Assembly: GCA_963844845.1 (NCBI GenBank) | Contig: CAWJPW010000005.1 | Coordinates: forward strand, 181,661-245,660 | DNA: 64,000 nt | From: an uncultured Acidobacteriota bacterium | GTDB taxonomy: Bacteria > Acidobacteriota > Thermoanaerobaculia > Thermoanaerobaculales > Sulfomarinibacteraceae | Direction of reading: 5' to 3' | In this document: positions 1 to 8,472 of the stretch, in pieces | Numbering within the stretch: the first letter of the stretch is position 1 | Layout of the letters: each line of letters opens with the position of its first letter | Notes under the pieces: generated by a model | The model's database searches: none | What the model saw: the letters and a program-made list of their open reading frames with translations, nothing else | Told to the model about the DNA's origin: nothing | Made by a program: the position numbers and the translations under genes

Positions 1-1
1 C

Positions 2-916
2 ATCCTCATCACCATCTTCCTGGGATGGCAGTACCTGGTAGCTGAACTCATCGGCGGGCTCGTGCTCGTGCTGGTGAGCTGGGTGCTGATGTCGCTCACC
101 GCGCCGGCGGCCTGGCTCGAGACGGCCCGCCAGCGGGCCGAAGCCACCGCGCCCGACGAGCCCGACGACTTCGACTGGCGGGCGCGCATGCGGAGCCGCG
201 AAGGCTGGCGGCTGGTCGGCCGGCAGTTCGTCGCCGAGTGGAAGATGGTCTGGGAGGAGATCGTCATCGGCTTCACCGTGGCCGGGTTTGTCGCCGTGCT
301 GGTCCCGGCCCGCTTCTGGGAGGCCCTGTTCCTCACCGGGATGGGCGATCGCCTGCCCACCTGGGTGGTCGCTCTCGAGAACGCCGTGGTGGCCCCGGTC
401 GTGGCCGCCGCGACCTTTATCGGCTCGATGGGCAACATCCCGCTGGCCACGGTCCTCGCCGGCAGCGGCGTGCTCTTCGCCGGGGTCATCGCATTCGTCT
501 ACTCGGACCTGGTGGTGCCGCCGCTGGTGCGGATCAACGCGCGCTACTACGGCTGGCGCGCCGCGCTCTACATCGTCGCGGTGATGTTCGTCAGCATCGT
601 GATCACGGCGCTGGCCCTGGACCTCGTGTTCAGCCTCCTCGGCGTGGTGCCGGGGGCCCCGCGGCAGGAGATCCAAGACCTCACCCGCTTCGCCTTCGAC
701 TACACCTTCTGGCTGAACCTGCTCTTCGCCGCGCTTGCGAGCATCCTCGTGGTCCTCGCCCGCGCCGGGCGGGCCGAGCACGGTGGGCAGGGGCATCATC
801 ACCATCACAGCGGTGGCGACGGAGGGTGGACCCCGAAGCGCGTTGTGGCGGTGAGCGCCCTGGCGCTGGTCGCCGGTGGCCTGCTGGTCACTCTCGCGAG
901 CGCTCTTCAGGTGTGA
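2..916 (+). CDS. Predicted permease (UPF0718/ArsP-like polytopic membrane protein). 5' partial, continues upstream of the window. His-rich C-terminal tail.
   Basis: The frame is open from base 2 with no stop. It has several hydrophobic spans, family-like segments GSMGNIPLATVL and YSDLVVPPLVRI, and the tail GQGHHHHHSGG. GC3 is high. Confidence 0.65.
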   Translation: MLITIFLGWQYLVAELIGGLVLVLVSWVLMSLTAPAAWLETARQRAEATAPDEPDDFDWRARMRSREGWRLVGRQFVAEWKMVWEEIVIGFTVAGFVAVLVPARFWEALFLTGMGDRLPTWVVALENAVVAPVVAAATFIGSMGNIPLATVLAGSGVLFAGVIAFVYSDLVVPPLVRINARYYGWRAALYIVAVMFVSIVITALALDLVFSLLGVVPGAPRQEIQDLTRFAFDYTFWLNLLFAALASILVVLARAGRAEHGGQGHHHHHSGGDGGWTPKRVVAVSALALVAGGLLVTLASALQV

Positions 917-1002
917 TCCTCCCCCGAGCGCGAGCGCGTTGCGAAATCCTCTCGACACGGGGCGTGTTGCCAAGGCTGACCACGTCGGGAAAGGACCACC
1001 GC

Positions 1003-2310
1003 ATGGCCACAGACCTGAGCACGAGGCGAGACCGCGACGCCCTGGTCGGCCTCGACGACGACCGCGACGCCCTCATCGAGGCGTTCACTGCGGTACGCCG
1101 GCAAACCCTCCATCTGGTGCATCCCCTGGCGCCCGAGGACATGGTGCCGCAGGCGATGCCGGACGCGAGCCCCACCAAGTGGCACCTGGCCCATACAAGC
1201 TGGTTCTTCGAGGCCCTGGTCCTCCGCCGGGCAGAGCCGTCGCCGGACTGGTTCGAGCCGGCCTACGCCTACCTCTTCAACTCCTACTACAACAGCCTCG
1301 GCGAGCAGTACCCGCGGCCCCACCGCGGCCTGATCACCCGACCGACGGTGGCCGAGGTGCTGCGCTACCGCGAGCACGTCGACGAGCAGGTCGTGAAGCT
1401 CGCGGGTCGCATCGGAGAGAAGGAGCTGGAGCGGACCATCCCCATCGTTCGGCTCGGTCTGCACCACGAGCAGCAGCACCAGGAGCTCGTCGTCACCGAT
1501 ATCAAAGCACTGCTCGCCCGGAACCCGATGGCCCCCGTCTACCGCCAACGCCCGGCCGGCCCGACGCGACACGGGGTGCCCCCCATCACCTGGCGCTCCT
1601 TCGCCGAGGACGTCTATCCAATTGGCCACCGAGGACCCAGCTTCGCGTACGACAACGAGGGGCCACCGCACCGTGCCCTGGTGCCTGCATTCCAGCTCGC
1701 GGACCGGCTGGTCACCTGTGGCGAGTACCTGGAGTTCATGGCCGACGGCGGCTACGAGCGACCCGAACTGTGGCTCTCCGAGGGATGGGCGACGATCCAC
1801 GACGAGGGATGGAGGGCACCACTCTACTGGGAAAAGCGGGACGGGGAATGGCACCTCTTCACCCTCGCCGGCCGCCGCCGCGTGGACACGGCCGAGGCGA
1901 TGTGCCACGTGAGTCTCTTCGAGGCCGACGCCTTCGCGCGCTGGGCCGGCGCCCGCCTCCCCACCGAGCAGGAGTGGGAAGCGGCCGCGGCCGCCGAGCC
2001 GATGACCGGAAACTTCGTCGAGGACGAGCGCTTCCACCCGACAGCGGCGCCTCCTGGTAACGGCCTCCGCCAGCTCTTCGGCGACCTCTGGGAGTGGACC
2101 AGCAGCGCCTACGCCCCTTACCCCGGCTACAAGCCGGCCGCTGGAGCGGTCGGAGAGTACAACGGCAAGTTCATGTGCAACCAGTATGTGCTACGGGGCG
2201 GCTCGTGCGCGACGCCGGCGGCCCACATCCGGGCGAGCTACCGCAACTTCTGGCCGGCCCGCACCCGTTTCCAGTTCAGCGGGATCCGCCTCGCCCGCGA
2301 CGGCGAGTAG
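1003..2310 (+). CDS. egtB: Ergothioneine biosynthesis sulfoxide synthase EgtB (DinB-like N-terminal domain + FGE-sulfatase C-terminal domain)
   Basis: ATG at 1003 is preceded by AAAGGA. The motifs HLAHTSWFFE, HHEQQHQEL, GDLWEWT and YVLRGGS are typical of EgtB/OvoA-type iron sulfoxide synthases. The track ORF 238-2310 is an N-terminal over-extension. Confidence 0.85.
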   Translation: MATDLSTRRDRDALVGLDDDRDALIEAFTAVRRQTLHLVHPLAPEDMVPQAMPDASPTKWHLAHTSWFFEALVLRRAEPSPDWFEPAYAYLFNSYYNSLGEQYPRPHRGLITRPTVAEVLRYREHVDEQVVKLAGRIGEKELERTIPIVRLGLHHEQQHQELVVTDIKALLARNPMAPVYRQRPAGPTRHGVPPITWRSFAEDVYPIGHRGPSFAYDNEGPPHRALVPAFQLADRLVTCGEYLEFMADGGYERPELWLSEGWATIHDEGWRAPLYWEKRDGEWHLFTLAGRRRVDTAEAMCHVSLFEADAFARWAGARLPTEQEWEAAAAAEPMTGNFVEDERFHPTAAPPGNGLRQLFGDLWEWTSSAYAPYPGYKPAAGAVGEYNGKFMCNQYVLRGGSCATPAAHIRASYRNFWPARTRFQFSGIRLARDGE

Positions 2311-2336
2311 CTCACGATCTCCCCGCACCAGGACCG

Positions 2337-3659
2337 TCAGAACATGAGCCAGAGGTTCAGGTAGAGGGTGTCGTTGTCGGACGCACTCCGACCGAAGCCG
2401 TCGTAGTTCGAGCTCGCACCGTTGAACTTCGAGTAGGCGGTGTACTGCGCCGAGAGCTTGACGTTATGCCGCGGCAGGTAGTCCAGCTCGAAGATCACGC
2501 CGGAGCTGTCGGGCGATCCGGTGCGGCTACCGTCCACCGGGCCAGGGGCATAGAGCACCGTGTCCCGGTCGCCTCTGGTGGCGAAGTAGGCCACCGTGCC
2601 GCCGACCTTGAGCTTCCAGAAGTAGCTCCCGCTCACCCTGAACGTGTCGAGGATGTCGGTGGGGTTTCCCGCTCCCCCACGCGCGTACGACGCGTCCCAG
2701 CTCTGACGCTCGTGGATCGCAGTGGTCCTCACGGTCACGGTGTGGGGCCCGCCGGGCTGCCACTGGTACTGCCCGTCCACCGCCAGATCGAGAAAGGAAT
2801 CCGTGGGACCATCGAGCGGAAGACCCCCACCGGGGTAGACCTCCTCTCGGAGGCCGAAGGTCCCCAGCTCGAGATCGCTCTTCCCCCAACCGTGCGACCA
2901 TGCCAGCCGCCAGTAGGGCATGACGCCGTGGATCACGTTCACGTCGTCGCTGCCGGGCGGCTCGTTGTTGCCGATCTGCGAGGAACGGTACAGCGTCGCG
3001 GCGCCGTAGTAGGTGCTCTTGTACCAGAGGTAGCCGCCGAGACCGGCAACCTGCTGGCCCAGCGTGCCGTCGACCTGCGTCGCGGCTGCGGGAGCCGGCG
3101 CGACCCCGGATGCGGCGAAGGGGAAGCCCCAGGCGGGCGTGCTGTTCCACACGTCCTCCACCGTCGGGTTGTTATTCAGGGTGAGGCCGTACAGGAGGTT
3201 GCCGCCTGCGCTGCGGCGCGCGAAGCGGACGTCGGCGTTGTCCATGCTGACGTGATCCTCGACCCCGTCGTAGGTCACCTGGAGGAAGGCCCCGAGGTGA
3301 TCGGCGACACGGCCAGCGAAGAAGAGGCTCATCTGATCCGGGAAGAGGACGTTTCCGTTCTGCGTATCGGGCTGGTTCGCAGCGGTGGAAGTCAACGAGC
3401 TCTGGACCATCACCGCGAGCGGCGCCAGCTGATTAGCCTCGAGCTCGGGTCGGTGGCCGTGCCTCAGCATGGTGTATGCCTCGAGCTTGAAGCTCCGTCC
3501 GTAGGGCGTCAGCTGAGGGAACACCGTGTGGCAGGCATTGCAGGGTAGGCCGGTCTGGCGGGCGAAGCTGGGAACCGCTTCGGCCAGGGGCAGGACGGCG
3601 AGGGCGATGAACGCGAGGGCCACGGCGGTGAATACGGCGACGCGTTGCAGACCGGCCAT
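2337..3659 (-). CDS. Outer-membrane beta-barrel protein with N-terminal single-haem CxxCH motif (Cyc2/Cyt572-like fused porin-cytochrome candidate)
   Basis: ATG at 3659 with a GGAGGA SD upstream. Signal peptide MAGLQRVAVFTAVALAFIALAVLPLAEA is followed by SFARQTGLPCNACHTVFPQLTPYGRSFKLEAYT. About 400 aa of alternating beta-strand-like sequence rich in Y/G/T/N ends in LNLWLMF, a C-terminal aromatic residue typical of OMPs. Confidence 0.7.
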   Translation of the reverse strand: MAGLQRVAVFTAVALAFIALAVLPLAEAVPSFARQTGLPCNACHTVFPQLTPYGRSFKLEAYTMLRHGHRPELEANQLAPLAVMVQSSLTSTAANQPDTQNGNVLFPDQMSLFFAGRVADHLGAFLQVTYDGVEDHVSMDNADVRFARRSAGGNLLYGLTLNNNPTVEDVWNSTPAWGFPFAASGVAPAPAAATQVDGTLGQQVAGLGGYLWYKSTYYGAATLYRSSQIGNNEPPGSDDVNVIHGVMPYWRLAWSHGWGKSDLELGTFGLREEVYPGGGLPLDGPTDSFLDLAVDGQYQWQPGGPHTVTVRTTAIHERQSWDASYARGGAGNPTDILDTFRVSGSYFWKLKVGGTVAYFATRGDRDTVLYAPGPVDGSRTGSPDSSGVIFELDYLPRHNVKLSAQYTAYSKFNGASSNYDGFGRSASDNDTLYLNLWLMF

Positions 3660-3741
3660 CCTCGCTCCTCCCCTGTGGCATTCATCTGAGCCCAACCAGC
3701 CAGGTTGGGGGACCATTCCGAGGCCGGTCATGACCTTCGCG

Positions 3742-4104
3742 TCAGCCGTGCGTGTCCGCCTCGGGCAGCTTGACGACCTCCAGCGCGAGGTCGTGCACCG
3801 CCGCCACCCGAACCCGGTCCCCAGGGCGCAGCGGACTCCCCGCCGCCTCCGCCTGCCAGACCTCACCGTGACAGTGGACCTCGCCGCGCCCGTCCCGCCA
3901 CACCGCCACGATCGCGGTCTCACCCACGAGCCCCCGGTCTCCTGTGCGCACCGGCAGGCGAGAGGATCGCCACATGAGCACGAACCCCACTGCTGCGATC
4001 GCGACCGAGCAGAGATAGCCCACCAGTGCCGCCGGGAACGGCAGCACGACGAATAGAAGGAGGGCCACGAGGGGAAGGGCCATGATAAGCACCATCAGAT
4101 GCAT
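3742..4104 (-). CDS. NfeD-family membrane protein (two TM helices + C-terminal OB-fold)
   Basis: ATG at 4104 with GGAGG 5 nt upstream. Hydrophobic N-terminus, then GETAIVAVWRDGRGEVHCHGEVWQAEA...GDRVRVAAV, typical of the NfeD C-terminal domain. Confidence 0.7.
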   Translation of the reverse strand: MHLMVLIMALPLVALLLFVVLPFPAALVGYLCSVAIAAVGFVLMWRSSRLPVRTGDRGLVGETAIVAVWRDGRGEVHCHGEVWQAEAAGSPLRPGDRVRVAAVHDLALEVVKLPEADTHG

Positions 4105-4156
4105 CGCCGCCTCCTTCCGGAGCCGGGCCACACCCGCGGTATGCCGGTGGACGTCC

Positions 4157-5245
4157 TCATGGCCGTGGCGGATAGGCCTCGAGGTAGAAGTACGCGGCCG
4201 CCACCTCCTCGGGCGTGATGTAGGGCAGGGCGGGCATCTCGGCCCCCCCCATCATGCGCATCATCGGCGCCGAGCCGTCCTCCACCTGCCGTACCACGCT
4301 ACCCAGAGCCTCGTCCGCCGGAAAGCTCGCCAGTGACGGGATGCGCCCCTCCATCATCGCGCGGTGGCCGCCCGGGCCGACGGCGTCGTGACACACGTGG
4401 CAGGTGCCCTTCACAAGGTGCTCCCCCACCCTGGCAGCCGTCTCCCGGACCAGGCGCGGCTCAGCCGTCGGGCCACCTCCCCCCGCAAGACGGCGAAGGT
4501 AGGCCAGCAGGGCGTCGACCTCGTCCCCCCGAAGGTGTGCGAAAGCCGGCATCTTCTGACCACCGGCGCTGAGCCGCTTGCGGATGGTCGCCTCGCCCTG
4601 GGCCGCCAGCTGCGCGGCCATCGCCTTGCTGATGGGATGACCCATCTTCTCCATGCGCGCCGTGATGGCGCTGGCGCTGGCGCCACGCACCGGATCGAGA
4701 AGCGACTTGATCTCCGGGGGTGCGCCCTCGCCGCCCGGCCCGTGGCAGGACTGACAGTTCAACCTGTAGAGATCGCCGCCAGTGACCTCGAACTCCTCGT
4801 TCAGCAGCGTCATCGCACTCTCGCGATCGGAGCGGTAGCGGCCGAGGAATCGGTGCATCACACCATCCACGCCGCTGCCCCCACCCATCATGCCGGGTCC
4901 CATGCCCATCCCGTCGCGGCCGCCGCCCGTCATCCCGCCACTCCGTCCTCCGGACGCTTCGCCAACGGCAGCGCCTTCCCCGAGGCTCGGCTCCGTGCGG
5001 CTACTCGACGGAGGCCGAGCGTCGCCACCCATTTGTCCCATCCGCGTCTGCTCGACCCGCAGATCGAGGTGCTGTAGCCAAGAGGGCCCCTCGACCGCTG
5101 TCACGGTGCCGTCGGCCGGGACCGGCTCCCTCGTTGACGCTCTGGGTGCGCCCGAGCCGCCGGGGTCGGCGCATCCCGCTGCACTCAGCGCGGCCAGGCA
5201 CGAGCCGGCTACTGCCAGTCTCCGGAGACGAGAGTTCCTAGCCAT
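4157..5245 (-). CDS. Dihaem c-type cytochrome, probable lipoprotein, with a Met/Gly-rich insert
   Basis: ATG at 5245. Signal with a lipobox-like LSAAGC. Two CxxCH motifs (CQSCH, CHVCH). Met-rich stretches GGMTGGGRDGMGMGPGMMGGG and PMMRMMGGAEMP. The track ORF 4157-6058 is over-extended. Confidence 0.8.
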   Translation of the reverse strand: MARNSRLRRLAVAGSCLAALSAAGCADPGGSGAPRASTREPVPADGTVTAVEGPSWLQHLDLRVEQTRMGQMGGDARPPSSSRTEPSLGEGAAVGEASGGRSGGMTGGGRDGMGMGPGMMGGGSGVDGVMHRFLGRYRSDRESAMTLLNEEFEVTGGDLYRLNCQSCHGPGGEGAPPEIKSLLDPVRGASASAITARMEKMGHPISKAMAAQLAAQGEATIRKRLSAGGQKMPAFAHLRGDEVDALLAYLRRLAGGGGPTAEPRLVRETAARVGEHLVKGTCHVCHDAVGPGGHRAMMEGRIPSLASFPADEALGSVVRQVEDGSAPMMRMMGGAEMPALPYITPEEVAAAYFYLEAYPPRP

Positions 5246-5271
5246 CCTGCGTCCTTTCGCGTCCCTCTCGA

Positions 5272-5862
5272 CTACTGGAGGGAGACGTTCTTCGTGGTCT
5301 CGCCGCTCACCACCACCCTGGCGCTGCCGTCCACTGTATCGTCCGGGGCCCAGGCCTTGAGGGTGTAGGTGCCGGCTGGGACGCCGCTGATCCGGTAGCG
5401 CCCGTCTGGCCCCGTGACGGCGAAGTAGGGTGTTGGCACCACCGCTATGAACGCCTCCATGTCGGCGTGGAGACTGCACAGAATCGTCGCCCGGCACTCC
5501 TGGTCGAAGGTGTGGCTGCGCGCACCGCCAGGACCCCAGTTGCCGAGGTTGAACGCCCCTGCGCACGGGTCCGGCGAAAAGACGTTGTGGACCACCGTGT
5601 CGTGGTTCTGGAAGGCAACAGTCGTCCCTACCTGAACTGCGAGCATGTGGGGCAGGAAGTGCATGTCCCTCTGATCCAATACCGCTCGCACACCGCTCGC
5701 CTTGGCGTCGATGTTCGGCGCTACCAGCCAGACCGCGGTGTTCGCGGCCGGCACACCCGCTGCGGACTCCACTGTGCCACTCAGCGTGCCGGCAGCCGCC
5801 GGCAACACCACCAGCACGCACAAACCAACGGCTGCTGCTATCCTCGCCACTGCTTGCTTCAT
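5272..5862 (-). CDS. Secreted cupredoxin (type-1 copper, amicyanin/MauL-like) fused to a carboxypeptidase-regulatory-like beta-sandwich
   Basis: ATG at 5862 with a GGGGAGGA SD. Signal peptide present. The copper ligand pattern is intact: HNVFS ... C-S-L-H-A-D-M (Cys-x2-His-x2-Met). The C-terminal GPDGRYRISGVPAGTYTLKAW is typical of the CarboxypepD_reg fold. Confidence 0.75.
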   Translation of the reverse strand: MKQAVARIAAAVGLCVLVVLPAAAGTLSGTVESAAGVPAANTAVWLVAPNIDAKASGVRAVLDQRDMHFLPHMLAVQVGTTVAFQNHDTVVHNVFSPDPCAGAFNLGNWGPGGARSHTFDQECRATILCSLHADMEAFIAVVPTPYFAVTGPDGRYRISGVPAGTYTLKAWAPDDTVDGSARVVVSGETTKNVSLQ

Positions 5863-6066
5863 CCAGTCCTCCCCGGGCCGCCCACCACCGGTCGCTGACA
5901 CGACCCATCCGGGTAACCACTCGAGCGGAACCGCCATTTCTTGGCCGCTGCTGCAGCCCAGGATCGGGACGGGGCGGGAACGCCGACGACCCGCGGCGTG
6001 TTGCCCGAACGAAGAGCTCGCGCGCGAACAGACCACCGAGGAAAGGACGGCATGTCATTCAGAGAC

Positions 6067-6097
6067 TTGACAAATCATCCCTCTGTGGTCATAGAAT
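6067..6097 (+). promoter_or_regulatory. Sigma70-like promoter candidate (TTGACA-N19-TAGAAT) inside the only AT-rich island of the window
   Basis: TTGACA at 6067-6072 and TAGAAT at 6092-6097. The spacer is long (19 nt). It lies in the 494-nt divergent intergenic region between the cupredoxin operon and acs. Confidence 0.35.
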
Positions 6098-6356
6098 CAT
6101 AGAAGCATAAGCTTCTCCCAAGAAGGGGGTCGAGGAGATGGGGTGCGGGGAACTGTGATCCCGCGGCCGCGACGCACGCATCGGGGCGATGCAGGGAGCA
6201 TCGTCACGATGGGGTGTATGCCCAGGGCGTCACCCGCACTCCGGCTCTGAGCTCCTCATTCATCTCATGGACCGTGGAGTCCGGTCGGTCGACGGTGGAG
6301 CGTTCCGTCGTCCACTGGCAGTCTCACGGATCGACGCCGAGAAAGGAGAGCACTTG

Positions 6357-8393
<2,037 letters not shown>

Positions 8394-8416
8394 GTCTCCC
8401 TCGGTTCAGTCGAGCG

Positions 8417-8436
8417 GGGCCGCCTTCGGGCGGCCC
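8417..8436 (+). terminator. GC-rich hairpin after acs (GGGCCGCC-TTCG-GGCGGCCC)
   Basis: Perfect 8-bp stem with a TTCG tetraloop, 24 nt after the acs stop. The following T-tract is weak (CTCTCGCTAT). Confidence 0.4.
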
Positions 8437-8442
8437 TCTCGC

Positions 8443-8448
8443 TATACT
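8443..8448 (+). promoter_or_regulatory. -10-like TATACT box upstream of the acetyltransferase gene
   Basis: TATACT lies 25 nt upstream of the GTG at 8473. The same hexamer precedes rnpB and the AIM24 gene. Confidence 0.3.
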
Positions 8449-8472
8449 GGAGGGCAGCGACAGGAGGCGACA

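Noticed and set aside
790-830. HHHHH run in the permease tail, which could look like an engineered His-tag
   Set aside because: It is embedded in a native Gly/His-rich context (GQGHHHHHSGGDGG), is followed by a further TM segment, and has no vector-like flanks. I interpret it as a natural metal-binding tail.
238-1002. N-terminal 255 codons of track ORF 238-2310, and ORF 876-2060
   Set aside because: The 238 frame overlaps the real permease frame and is Arg/Gly/Pro-rich. EgtB homology begins only at ATG 1003, which has its own SD.
5246-6058. Upstream extension of the cytochrome ORF (4157-6058)
   Set aside because: It overlaps the cupredoxin gene in another frame and has no signal peptide. 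The internal ATG 5245 gives a proper lipoprotein signal followed by the haem motifs.
6116-6356. Possible riboswitch or attenuator in the long acs leader
   Set aside because: Only short, imperfect stems were found by eye, and there was no recognisable conserved riboswitch core. It cannot be supported without a covariance-model scan.
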